Below are positions 24,180 through 32,000 of a stretch of 32,000 nt of DNA, one piece after another. A program made the position numbers and the translations under genes. Position 1 is the stretch's first letter. The number at the start of each line of letters is the position of its first letter. The notes beneath the pieces were generated by a model. The model saw only the letters and a list, made by a program, of their open reading frames with translations, searched no databases and had not been told where the DNA came from. The stretch spans positions 1,410,001-1,442,000 of the forward strand of contig OY759724.1 in assembly GCA_963662715.1 (NCBI GenBank). Direction: 5' to 3'. The stretch is from Candidatus Omnitrophota bacterium (lineage in GTDB: Bacteria > Omnitrophota > Gorgyraeia > Zapsychrales > JANLHA01).

Positions 24180-26117
24180 ATGAATAAAATAAACAGTGAT
24201 CAGCTATTCGTGGCAACTAAAAACAAACCCAATTTAACCCCGACTTTAGGCCCCATTAAGGATTTGGAAGCTTATGTGTCTTCTGACTGGTGGCAGAAGA
24301 TTTTCAATGCGAATTATTTAAAAACGGACGCCGATATCGTTAATGATCCCCGTATAACAAAACAGGAAGTTACCCAGTATTTAAGCATCCTGAACTGTGA
24401 ACGGGACAGCCACATATTGGATATATGCTGCGGACAGGGCCGGCATGTTTTGGAGTTCCATAAGCGGGGATTCCGTAACACGACCGGCTTGGACCGTTCC
24501 CGTTTTCTTATACAGAAAGCGCGGACGGCTGCCCGTAGAGATAATTTTGACATTAAGTTTAAGGAAGGGGATGCCCGTAAACTTCCTTTTAATGACGGTT
24601 CATTTGATTTTGTGACTTTGCTGGGAAACAGTTTCGGTTATTTTGAGACGGTTTATGATGATATCCGTGTCTTGAAAGAGATTTTCCGTGTTTTGCGCCC
24701 TTGGGGAAAAATCCTTATTGATGTCACGGACGGGGAGTTTATGATTAAAAACTTCCGGGACCGGAGCTGGGAGTGGATCGATAAAAATCATTTTGTCTGC
24801 CGGGAACGCTCGCTGTCCTCTGACAAGAAAAGGCTTATTTCCCGGGAGATTATTTCCAATGCTCAAAAAGGAGTTCTTACTGATCAGTTTTACGCCGAAA
24901 GGCTTTATTCCCAGAATGAGTTGTTGCAGCTGCTTTCGGATGTCGGCTTTAAGGATGTGATGTGTCATGGTCAGGTGGACACAAAGACGAGCCGAAATCA
25001 GGATTTAGGGATGATGGAAAAGCGGTTGATCATTACCGCGACGGTCCGGAAAGAATGGATCCAAAGACCAACAACAAAGCAAATAAAGTTAAGACAGGTT
25101 GCTGTTCTTCTGGGGGACCCTTCCAAGGAAGACAAATTGAAGCCGAAAGCGGTGTTTGATGATGATGACCTGTATACGATTGATTGTTTGAAAAATGTTT
25201 TATCGAAAATGGATCAATACCATTTTATTTATTTGAATAACCACGAACAGATGGTGCAGGATTTGTTGCGGATCAGGTCGAAAATAGATTATGTCTTTAA
25301 CATTTGTGATGAAGGATATAATAATGAAGCCTCAAAGGAGCTTCATGTCCCGGCCCTCTTGGAGCTGCTTGGTGTCCCCTACACCGGAAGCAACCCGCAA
25401 TGTCTGGCTTATTGCTATGATAAATCTCTGGTCAGGGGTGTTGCCCGCGAGATGGGCGTTGGGGTGGCGGAAGCCTTTTTTATAAAACCGGAAGACAATG
25501 TTTATGAATTAAAAATTTCTTTCCCGGTTCTCGTGAAACCTAATTTCGGCGATTCCAGCCTGGGGATCACGCAAAAGAGCTATGCTGAAAATGTTGAACA
25601 GTTGTCCGACGCTATCCAGAATATACGAGATAATACGGGGTATGACAAACCGATCCTGGTGGAGGAATTCCTGCCCGGGGCTGATTTGAGTGTGGGCATT
25701 ATCGGCAACCTTAATGACGGGTATGCGATCCTTCCTGTCATTGAAGAGGATTATTCGAGCCTTCCGGCAGGGTTCCCTCATATATGCGGGTATGAAGCGA
25801 AATGGCTACCGGGATCCCCTTACTGGCAAATAAAATCAAAACCTGCTGTGCTGAGCGATAAACTGCAAAAATATATTGAAGAAGCGTGCCTGAGGCTTTT
25901 TGAGCGTCTTGATTGCCGGGATTATTGCCGTTTTGACTGGCGTCTTAACTCTCGGCAGGAGCCAAAATTGCTTGAAGTTAATCCCAATCCGGGGTGGTGT
26001 TGGGACGGGCATCTGGCGAGAATGTCCAAGATGAAAGATATGACATATGCCATGATGATTGAGGAAATCCTTAAAGCCACGGAAAGAAGACTGAATTTAA
26101 TCGGGGGCAATGCCTAA
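24180..26117 (+). CDS. Fusion protein: class I SAM-dependent methyltransferase (N) plus D-Ala-D-Ala-ligase-like ATP-grasp (C)
   Basis: MT motif I ILDICCGQGRH, post-I GLDRS, FDFVTLLGNSFGY. ATP-grasp: FPVLVKPNFGDSSLGI, ILVEEFLPGADLSVGIIG, CRFDWRLNSRQEPKLLEVNPNPGW. Confidence 0.75.
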   Translation: MNKINSDQLFVATKNKPNLTPTLGPIKDLEAYVSSDWWQKIFNANYLKTDADIVNDPRITKQEVTQYLSILNCERDSHILDICCGQGRHVLEFHKRGFRNTTGLDRSRFLIQKARTAARRDNFDIKFKEGDARKLPFNDGSFDFVTLLGNSFGYFETVYDDIRVLKEIFRVLRPWGKILIDVTDGEFMIKNFRDRSWEWIDKNHFVCRERSLSSDKKRLISREIISNAQKGVLTDQFYAERLYSQNELLQLLSDVGFKDVMCHGQVDTKTSRNQDLGMMEKRLIITATVRKEWIQRPTTKQIKLRQVAVLLGDPSKEDKLKPKAVFDDDDLYTIDCLKNVLSKMDQYHFIYLNNHEQMVQDLLRIRSKIDYVFNICDEGYNNEASKELHVPALLELLGVPYTGSNPQCLAYCYDKSLVRGVAREMGVGVAEAFFIKPEDNVYELKISFPVLVKPNFGDSSLGITQKSYAENVEQLSDAIQNIRDNTGYDKPILVEEFLPGADLSVGIIGNLNDGYAILPVIEEDYSSLPAGFPHICGYEAKWLPGSPYWQIKSKPAVLSDKLQKYIEEACLRLFERLDCRDYCRFDWRLNSRQEPKLLEVNPNPGWCWDGHLARMSKMKDMTYAMMIEEILKATERRLNLIGGNA

Positions 26118-26351
26118 ACAGAGTTTCTCGCCGGGAGGAAGGCCAAGGGCGGCCTGAATTGTCTGGTCATCGGCTGTCCCGTTGTATCTGAAAAAAGTCC
26201 TTATATCACATCTTTTAAATATATGATCCTGTCGACAGGTATCTGTTTTTGTGAAATTTTGGACTTTTAAAAAATTGGGCGACAGTGTCTTTTGCCCGGT
26301 ATTTTTTGTTTTATTCTCTTTCGATAATCGAAAAAAAATTTTTGAAAGATG

Positions 26352-26380
26352 TTGACAAGATATGCGAAAAATGATATATT
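26352..26380 (+). promoter_or_regulatory. Consensus-like sigma70 promoter with extended -10, upstream of the MerR-type regulator
   Basis: TTGACA (26352-26357), 17-nt spacer, TGa-TATATT (26372-26380). Flanked by two AATCGAAAA copies (26326-26334, within the palindrome TCGATAATCGA, and 26383-26391). Confidence 0.6.
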
Positions 26381-26407
26381 TTAATCGAAAAGAGGAGGCG
26401 TAGCAGC

Positions 26408-26719
26408 ATGGTTGCCAAGAACAAAAAAGACCACAGTTTTGAAGAGGTCCATATAGATGCGGATATTCCAATTTATACAACGGGCGTTGTCTGCAAGATT
26501 TTAAGCATTCCTATTTGGATTTTAAAACAGCTAGACAGGGAAGGGATTGTTTCTCCCCCTAGGGATAATCAGGGAAAAGCAAGATTATATTCCAAACGGG
26601 AGTTAAAAAAGGTGCAGCATTGCTGGTTTTTTATGAAACAACATGATGTTAAGATTCCGGGATTAAAGATTATTTTAAAGATGGAAAGAGGAATATTTTA
26701 TAACAATAGAAAAGAATAA
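26408..26719 (+). CDS. MerR-family transcriptional regulator, HspR-like by context
   Basis: HTH IYTTGVVCKILSIPIWILKQLDREGIVSPPR...RLYSKRELKKV. Located directly upstream of the Hsp20 genes. RBS GAGGAGG. Confidence 0.7.
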   Translation: MVAKNKKDHSFEEVHIDADIPIYTTGVVCKILSIPIWILKQLDREGIVSPPRDNQGKARLYSKRELKKVQHCWFFMKQHDVKIPGLKIILKMERGIFYNNRKE

Positions 26720-26738
26720 AAATTTTTTTGTCAAAATA

Positions 26739-26765
26739 TTAGCACTCCGTCATGTCGAGTGCCAG
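26739..26765. promoter_or_regulatory. CIRCE-like inverted repeat (HrcA operator type)
   Basis: TTAGCACTC-N9-GAGTGCCAG versus consensus TTAGCACTC-N9-GAGTGCTAA. The left half is perfect and the right half matches 6/9. Confidence 0.6.
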
Positions 26766-26809
26766 TGCGGTAAATTAATCAAGAATGGACAGGAAAGGAG
26801 GTGAAGTAA

Positions 26810-26887
26810 ATGAAACTGTTGGAGAGATTTATCGTTACAATTACAGACTTAAGAGACTTTATAAGGAAAAGGTTCAAAACAAAATAA
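26810..26887 (+). CDS. Possible 25-aa leader peptide (MKLLERFIVTITDLRDFIRKRFKTK)
   Basis: AAAGGAGGTGA RBS 7 nt before the ATG. Lies between the CIRCE-like site and the first Hsp20 gene. Confidence 0.25.
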   Translation: MKLLERFIVTITDLRDFIRKRFKTK

Positions 26888-26921
26888 AAAATATCAAATT
26901 ATGAATCAGGAGGTGATCACA

Positions 26922-27395
26922 ATGGCACTTGCCCCTTATAGAAAAGATAATTGGTGGGTCGATCCTTTTTCGGAATTAGAAAATATCCAGAAACAGATGA
27001 ACCAGCTTTTTAACTTTTCACTTTCACGAACTCCCTGGGGGGAGGCGACCCTGCTGGGTGGTCAATGGGCTCCTCCAGTGGATGTGTATGATTCCAAGGA
27101 TAATTTCTTGGTTAAAGCCGAGTTGCCGGGCTTAACAAAGGAGGAAATAGAAGTTTCCATACAGGATAATAATCTTATCTTGAAGGGAGAGAAGAAAAAG
27201 GATGTTGAGATCGATGAGGAAAATTACTTTAAGACAGAAAGATTTTACGGGAGCTTTTTTAGAACAATTCCTTTGCCGTCGGAAGTCGAGGTGAATAAAG
27301 TTGACGCAAGATATCAGGACGGTGTGCTCACCTTGACATTGCCGAAGAAGGAAGAATCTAAACCGAAACAGATAAGCATAGATGTTAATCAATAG
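26922..27395 (+). CDS. Hsp20/alpha-crystallin small heat-shock protein
   Basis: Start moved to the ATG at 26922 behind GGAGGTGA. Alpha-crystallin domain VDVYDSKDNFLVKAELPGLTKEEIEVSI...GVLTLTLPK. Confidence 0.9.
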   Translation: MALAPYRKDNWWVDPFSELENIQKQMNQLFNFSLSRTPWGEATLLGGQWAPPVDVYDSKDNFLVKAELPGLTKEEIEVSIQDNNLILKGEKKKDVEIDEENYFKTERFYGSFFRTIPLPSEVEVNKVDARYQDGVLTLTLPKKEESKPKQISIDVNQ

Positions 27396-27459
27396 TGCCC
27401 GTTGTTATGGACACAGGCGACACAAAAGTGTGGCGACTTTTACTGGGGAGGTGATAGCC

Positions 27460-27828
27460 ATGTTAGAAAAATTTAAAAGAGATAGAGAAGAACTTTCCGT
27501 CGTGGCTCCGTTCGCGAATTTGTATGAGAAAGGGGGTGATATTGTCATTGCGGTTGAAATGCCCGGGGTGGATAAAGACTCTTTAGCCCTGAATCTTGAC
27601 GGTAATTTGCTAATTATTCAAGGCAGGAAAAAGAAAGATGATATTGGTAAGGAGTATGCCCCTGTTTATCGTGAAAGGAGACTTGTTGTTTTTGAACGCA
27701 GGTTTGAAATAAACACGCAAATAGACAGGGAAAAAATCAGGGCCGAATATAAAGACGGCATCCTTAAAGTTCTATTAGCAAAATCTGAGAAGGCGCAGCC
27801 GAAGAAAATAACTGTTAAAACGTCATGA
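27460..27828 (+). CDS. Hsp20-family small heat-shock protein
   Basis: Start at 27460 behind GGGGAGGTGA. ANLYEKGGDIVIAVEMPGVDKDSLALNL...GILKVLLAK. Confidence 0.85.
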   Translation: MLEKFKRDREELSVVAPFANLYEKGGDIVIAVEMPGVDKDSLALNLDGNLLIIQGRKKKDDIGKEYAPVYRERRLVVFERRFEINTQIDREKIRAEYKDGILKVLLAKSEKAQPKKITVKTS

Positions 27829-27869
27829 GGGGGGATAAAATTCCCCCCATCATGAGGGGGTGATTTTAA

Positions 27870-28118
27870 ATGAATAAAATCGATGTGTTTGATGTCTTTT
27901 TCGATGGTTTTTCCTGCACCTGGAAACAGCAATTTATCCAAGGCATTCTGTTTGTTTTGTTTGGTGCTGTTGTTGTCTTGATGCCGCAGCTGTTAGTCGC
28001 CATGATCGCGGCATTCTTTATGCTGATGGGTTTCATCCTCATCGGGTCGGCTTGGACCACGCGGCGGTTTCGAAAACAATATAACGGTTTTCGAAGCGAG
28101 CTTTTTGAGCTTTTTTGA
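27870..28118 (+). CDS. Small two-TM membrane protein (DUF308/HdeD-like pattern)
   Basis: GILFVLFGAVVVLMPQLLVAMIAAFFMLMGFILIGSAW. RBS GAGGGGGTGA. Confidence 0.45.
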   Translation: MNKIDVFDVFFDGFSCTWKQQFIQGILFVLFGAVVVLMPQLLVAMIAAFFMLMGFILIGSAWTTRRFRKQYNGFRSELFELF

Positions 28119-28132
28119 ATCTTTGAGATCCT

Positions 28133-28143
28133 GGGGGGGGGGG
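28133..28143. repeat. G11 homopolymer tract (intergenic)
   Basis: ctGGGGGGGGGGGagg, counted across the 28140/28141 line break. It is 14 nt after the stop at 28118 and 133 nt before the ATG at 28277. Confidence 0.9.
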
Positions 28144-28276
28144 AGGTCGTCTTCCCACAGCAATGGGATCGTGGACGAGCCTTCTCCCGGCGTCGAAACT
28201 GAACGTCAGTTCGGCCCGTTAAAAACGGAAGCTCTGCATATTTTTTGTCCGGATTTTTAAGGAAAGGAGGAATATT

Positions 28277-28891
28277 ATGAAAAGAAATGTACTTGCCTAT
28301 GGAATAGGCCTGTCGGTTCTTGTTTTTGTTTTTTGCTGTAATGTCCCTTCTTTTGCCGAAGAAGATACAGACAGCCTGAAACAGCAGATAGAGGCTCTGC
28401 AACAAAGAGTCGAAGAGTTGGAGAAGGAGAAACAGAAGGCTGGCAAAGACGATGATTTCTTCTCCGGAAGTTTTCAGGGAGCATGGGATCCGTTGACTGA
28501 AATCCAGCGTATGCAGGAAGAAATGAACCGGATGTTTCAGAGTTCTTTCAGCCAACGAGGCTGGGCTAACGGAGGATTTTTTAGCAACCGTCTGAATTTT
28601 AACAAGACTTATGACTTTAAGGAAAATGAAAACGGCTATGAGATAATATTTGATATGGCCGGATTTGATAAAGACAAGGTTGATATTCAGATCAATGAAC
28701 ATTCTGTTATGGTCAAGGGGGAACACAGCAGACAGGACGAGGAAAACGGGCCAAATCGCTATATGGGGGTCCAGGCTTACGGATCTTTTATGCAGACAAT
28801 CCCGCTTCCTTTGGACGCCGATACGACTAAAGTCAAAACAGAGAAGGTCGGGGATAACCTTGTTATTCGGCTCCCTAAGAAAACAACATGA
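28277..28891 (+). CDS. Exported Hsp20-domain protein (signal peptide, coiled coil, alpha-crystallin domain)
   Basis: Signal peptide MKRNVLAYGIGLSVLVFVFCCNVPSFAEE. Heptad-like LKQQIEALQQRVEELEKEKQ. ACD: YEIIFDMAGFDKDKVDIQINEHSVMVKGEH...GDNLVIRLPKK. RBS AGGAGG. Confidence 0.8.
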   Translation: MKRNVLAYGIGLSVLVFVFCCNVPSFAEEDTDSLKQQIEALQQRVEELEKEKQKAGKDDDFFSGSFQGAWDPLTEIQRMQEEMNRMFQSSFSQRGWANGGFFSNRLNFNKTYDFKENENGYEIIFDMAGFDKDKVDIQINEHSVMVKGEHSRQDEENGPNRYMGVQAYGSFMQTIPLPLDADTTKVKTEKVGDNLVIRLPKKTT

Positions 28892-28988
28892 TAAGAATTT
28901 TTTCCGGAGGAGGCGCCTGTAGGCCGTCCTCCTCCATCTGCCGCAAGTTTGATATTCATTCCTGTTCGAGGGAAATGAACTTGTCGTG

Positions 28989-29010
28989 AGGCCGGGCCCC
29001 GGCCTTTTTA
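28989..29010 (+). terminator. GC-rich hairpin plus T-run between convergent genes
   Basis: AGGCCGGG-c-CCCGGCCT followed by TTTTT, overlapping the MBOAT stop codon. A second hairpin lies upstream (GGAGGAGG...CCTCCTCC, ~28907-28936). Confidence 0.55.
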
Positions 29011-30432
29011 GAATTGAAAATATATAAAGGCATTCGACTGGCCGCCGAACATGACAATGAATACTAGAAGGATTGCTGCGGCAATATAATCTTTGAAATT
29101 GTTGAACAAAAAGACATATTCCGTCCCCCTTTTTTCTTGCCTCCAGTCAACCAGAAGGACAACAAGACTGAAAATAATGAGCCAGAAGGAATAGACTAAA
29201 ATTCGGCCCAGGGCATGTTCATCGCTCGGTAAGCAGAACCCGGAAAATAAATATTTTTGCATGTAAAAGAATTGTTCAAGATTGGCGCTTCGGAAAATCA
29301 GCCAGCTGTAAACAGTCAGCGTAAACATCGTTATCCAGGAGCATGTTTTTATTATACGGCTTGTTTTGATGAGGCGGCCAACGGCTTTATTGAAGAGGCG
29401 GTGCCCCACCAAAAGGGTGCCGTGATAAAACCCCCATAAAACAAACAGCCACGAGGCCCCGTGCCATAATCCGCCTAAAAGCATTGTGACCATTAAGTTG
29501 CGAATCGTACGCATATTCCCTTTGCGATTTCCTCCGAGAGAAATATACAGGTAATCCCTCAGCCATGTCGATAATGAAATATGCCATCTCCGCCAAAAGT
29601 CTGAAGGGTTGCCGGCAAAATAAGGATGATGGAAATTCTGCATCAACTCAATTCCCAGCAATTTTGATATCCCCCTGGCAATTTTGGAGTAGCCGGCGAA
29701 ATCCCCGTATATCTGAAAAGTAAAAGCCAGCAGCCCTATCAGGATTTCCAAAGAGCACCTTTTGAAATTCATATCAAGAAAATAGTAGTCCGCGACCCGG
29801 GACAGGTTGTCGGCGATAAAAACCTTTAAAAAATATCCCCAGATTATGAGCGACATCCCTTCCCGGATCTGGAGCGGTGACGGTTTTTTGAGCTGTTTGA
29901 TTTGAGGAAGCAATGAGGCGGCTCTTTCAATGGGGCCGGCAACCAGCTGGGGGAAAAAGGCCACGTAAGTAGCAAAGACGGCATAGTTTTTTTCACAGGG
30001 GATTTTCTTCCGGTAAATATCGATCGTGTAGCTCATGGATTGGAATGTGTAGAAAGAAATTCCGATGGGCAATAAAACCTTTAAGGTTACAAAATCTCTG
30101 TGGAACCCCAGGTGATTCAGAATTTTTACAAAGTTAAAGGCGAAGAAATTGAAATATTTGAAAATAAAAAGGATCAAAAGGTTCGCTATGACGCTGATCG
30201 CAAGGAATGTTTTTCTTTTCTGTTCCGTCTCCTCCCGGGATATTTTTATGCCGGCAAAATAATCTATGCTCGTGGAAATGATGATGAGGCCAAGGTACCG
30301 GAAATCCCACCATCCGTAAAAGAAATAGCTGGATATTAATATGAAATAAAGCCGGGCTTTTCCTTTTAGATATATATAGGTTGAAAAAAACAATACGATA
30401 AAGACTAAAAAAGAAATGGAATTGAAGTTCAT
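29008..30432 (-). CDS. MBOAT-family membrane-bound O-acyltransferase (AlgI/DltB-like)
   Basis: 474 aa, polytopic. FWRRWHISLSTWLRDYLYISLGGNR and LLGGLWHGASW contain the conserved MBOAT His. Confidence 0.9.
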   Translation of the reverse strand: MNFNSISFLVFIVLFFSTYIYLKGKARLYFILISSYFFYGWWDFRYLGLIIISTSIDYFAGIKISREETEQKRKTFLAISVIANLLILFIFKYFNFFAFNFVKILNHLGFHRDFVTLKVLLPIGISFYTFQSMSYTIDIYRKKIPCEKNYAVFATYVAFFPQLVAGPIERAASLLPQIKQLKKPSPLQIREGMSLIIWGYFLKVFIADNLSRVADYYFLDMNFKRCSLEILIGLLAFTFQIYGDFAGYSKIARGISKLLGIELMQNFHHPYFAGNPSDFWRRWHISLSTWLRDYLYISLGGNRKGNMRTIRNLMVTMLLGGLWHGASWLFVLWGFYHGTLLVGHRLFNKAVGRLIKTSRIIKTCSWITMFTLTVYSWLIFRSANLEQFFYMQKYLFSGFCLPSDEHALGRILVYSFWLIIFSLVVLLVDWRQEKRGTEYVFLFNNFKDYIAAAILLVFIVMFGGQSNAFIYFQF

Positions 30433-31421
30433 GAGTTATCCTGGAGGTGTTTGACAATGATATTATACAGTCTCAGGGCCACCCGATTGAGCTCCTCCCG
30501 GGATGACGGATGAATGTTGTCGGAATAATGTTTTTCCTGGTAATAATTCTTGAAATTATAATAATGAATATTTTCATGGCTTTCTGCCATCCCGGGAAAA
30601 CGGTCGTTGATCGGCAGCTTCGTCATGTTGTTTTCCTGCTCAATAAAAACGATTTTTTGTTTGTCTTTTGACAGCTGGTTGAAGAAAAAAGGCAAAAGCT
30701 CCGACAGGGCAGGCTGTTCCTTGGGGGTCCTCTGCGCAAAAGCCGTTACGTTATTGGTTTGCATCCAATCCCCGGCTGTGTTTAATGTGTAAGGGAAGAA
30801 ATTCATAACGGGCAGCGCCCCTATTTTCAGCGCCAGATTGTTTATCGCTTTTTTGCATTTCACCCGGGTGATGATATGTGTTCTGATTATGGGGAAGAAG
30901 GAATATAAAAAGCTTTCCACCAGCTCATCTCTGGTGTATAAATCGAATATTTCATGAGTCCGGATTCTTTTCATTTCGGGAAGGAATATGAGCTTTTTGG
31001 CTTCTGTCCGGAACAAAGGGGCTTCATACCCGAAAGTCATGGGGACAATGTGGGCAATGATGAGGTCGGGATCGTATTTCCTGACATAATTATAAATAAT
31101 AATATAGTCCGCGATGGAAGAGCCGCACATGGAAAAATTTCCTATTTCAAAATCAATGGCCGGATTTGTTTTTTTCAGCGCTTCTATCTCGGAGACAATC
31201 CCGCTCAGCTGGAATACGGAATTTCCCAGCAGGATAACTCTTTTCTTGGTTTTCGGCGGCATTGTTGTGAAAGGCAGCCCATATGTGCCGTATTCAATTT
31301 TTTTGTGAACCACAACATTGTGCTGTTCATGAGGTAGGACATGAAAAATATACAGAAGAAAAAAAAGTGTCGTCAGCGGCAGAAATTTGATAATAGCCTT
31401 AGTTCTGTTAATATCCCTCAC
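30429..31421 (-). CDS. Membrane-anchored SGNH/GDSL-like partner of the MBOAT (DltD/AlgX-type role inferred)
   Basis: GTG start and N-terminal TM (FLPLTTLFFLLYIF). Block-I-like VILLGNSV and block-V-like DNIHPS (DxxH). ATGA overlap with the MBOAT gene. Confidence 0.45.
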   Translation of the reverse strand: MRDINRTKAIIKFLPLTTLFFLLYIFHVLPHEQHNVVVHKKIEYGTYGLPFTTMPPKTKKRVILLGNSVFQLSGIVSEIEALKKTNPAIDFEIGNFSMCGSSIADYIIIYNYVRKYDPDLIIAHIVPMTFGYEAPLFRTEAKKLIFLPEMKRIRTHEIFDLYTRDELVESFLYSFFPIIRTHIITRVKCKKAINNLALKIGALPVMNFFPYTLNTAGDWMQTNNVTAFAQRTPKEQPALSELLPFFFNQLSKDKQKIVFIEQENNMTKLPINDRFPGMAESHENIHYYNFKNYYQEKHYSDNIHPSSREELNRVALRLYNIIVKHLQDNS

Positions 31422-31803
31422 CGTAGCCCTTTCGGAACTTTTTGTTTTATTTCATCGCGAATTTGTTCGTACGACCTGTTTTTTCCGTTAAGCATATATA
31501 TTATTTATAACAAAAATAATCATAAAATTTATAGAATTATTTAAGAAAAGTAATCCTGGATACGGAAGCCCGTCAGCCGGGGAAGTTTATCTCTTGGAGA
31601 AGTCAGGGACATGCCCTTTACCGGAAGTTGATATTCAGCATAAAAAGAGCGCCGTCAAAAAATAAAATGTTATAATAAAAAACATTATTTTTCGTATGTT
31701 CTCAAGTTTTTTGTTTGCCCGGGGTGTTCCGCCTTAACGCCGTAATAAGGCACGCTTTTTCATCGCAAATCAATGAGTTGCTCTTTATTAAGGACGGGTT
31801 TTT

Positions 31804-32000
31804 ATGAAAAAAATAATTTTTCTGACTTTCCTAATAGCGTCTTTTTCCGTCAGATTTCTGTTGGCTGACGTAAGGCCGGTCAGCGGTGCGGCCTGGAAGA
31901 CGATGAGTCAAAGAGATAAGGAATTATATATATCAGGACTTGTCGAAGGCTCTTTGATATATGAAAGGCAGCTGTTGCCCCCCCGGGAAGAAGGAGGGGG
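31804..32000 (+). CDS. Secreted protein, N-terminal fragment (runs off the window)
   Basis: ATG at 31804, MKKIIFLTFLIASFSVRFLLA signal-like N-terminus, frame open to the window end. Not in the ORF track because no stop is reached. Confidence 0.45.
   Translation, partial: MKKIIFLTFLIASFSVRFLLADVRPVSGAAWKTMSQRDKELYISGLVEGSLIYERQLLPPREEGG

Noticed and set aside
26097-26480. 127-aa minus-strand ORF across the MerR promoter region
   Set aside because: It overlaps a consensus plus-strand promoter, RBS and the start of the MerR-type gene. The sequence is A/T-run driven (poly-K/F/N codons). It is not credible as a gene.
27396-27459. Possible RNA thermometer (ROSE / fourU type) between the two Hsp20 genes
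   Set aside because: A small hairpin (CGACAC-AAAA-GTGTGG) exists, but I could not pair the GGGGAGGTGA ribosome-binding site with an upstream U-rich or UCCU stretch convincingly.
27866-28726. 286-aa minus-strand ORF, the longest unexplained ORF in the heat-shock region
   Set aside because: It runs antisense to two plus-strand genes that have strong RBSs and clear domain content (the two-TM protein and the exported Hsp20). Its translation is low-complexity, with no motif and no RBS. It is a shadow ORF.
31490-31545. TATAACAA and TTTATAG boxes resembling the cassette junction motifs in the 31.5-kb intergenic region
   Set aside because: This is an isolated occurrence in very AT-rich promoter DNA, with no adjacent cassette-like ORF and no palindrome. 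It is most likely chance.

Overview
The window is bacterial chromosome with a housekeeping backbone interrupted by an AT-rich accessory island.

**Backbone, left (1-10410):** a carB 3' fragment, purF, pyrG, tRNA-Leu(GAG) and rpe. These are followed by an orphan Flp/class-III-signal pilin-like gene, a minus-strand FIST / GAF-histidine-kinase / REC-GGDEF operon, and tRNA-Glu(CTC).

**Accessory island (about 10.4-16.4 kb), the main point of interest:** it starts directly 3' of tRNA-Glu and is visibly AT-richer than its flanks. It holds four same-strand genes:
- a TIR-domain protein with an intact SxWCxxE catalytic-Glu motif;
- a TIR-like / nucleoside-deoxyribosyltransferase-like protein;
- a 543-aa protein I cannot assign;
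- a 133-aa protein I cannot assign.

An IS110-family transposase with a highly structured upstream leader (a possible bridge RNA) follows them. The first two genes sit in units that look like integron gene cassettes. Each unit starts with a GTTRRRY-type core a few nt before the ORF. Each ends, at or right after the stop codon, with the exact reverse complement of that 7-mer inside an imperfect palindrome. No integrase is present in the window, so this resembles a CALIN. I read the region as a candidate, not clearly described, anti-phage defence locus carried on cassettes.

**Backbone, right (16.4-32 kb):**
- a tandem RIO/Kdo-kinase-like protein;
- MarC, an OmpR/HK pair and a lone CheY-like receiver;
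- two cold-shock-domain genes, then an ACP, a DUF2934 protein and a methyltransferase::ATP-grasp fusion;
- a heat-shock cluster: a MerR/HspR-like regulator, a CIRCE-like site and three Hsp20 genes, one of them exported;
- a convergent MBOAT plus SGNH-like pair.

All functional calls rest on motif recognition by eye. No searches or computations were run.
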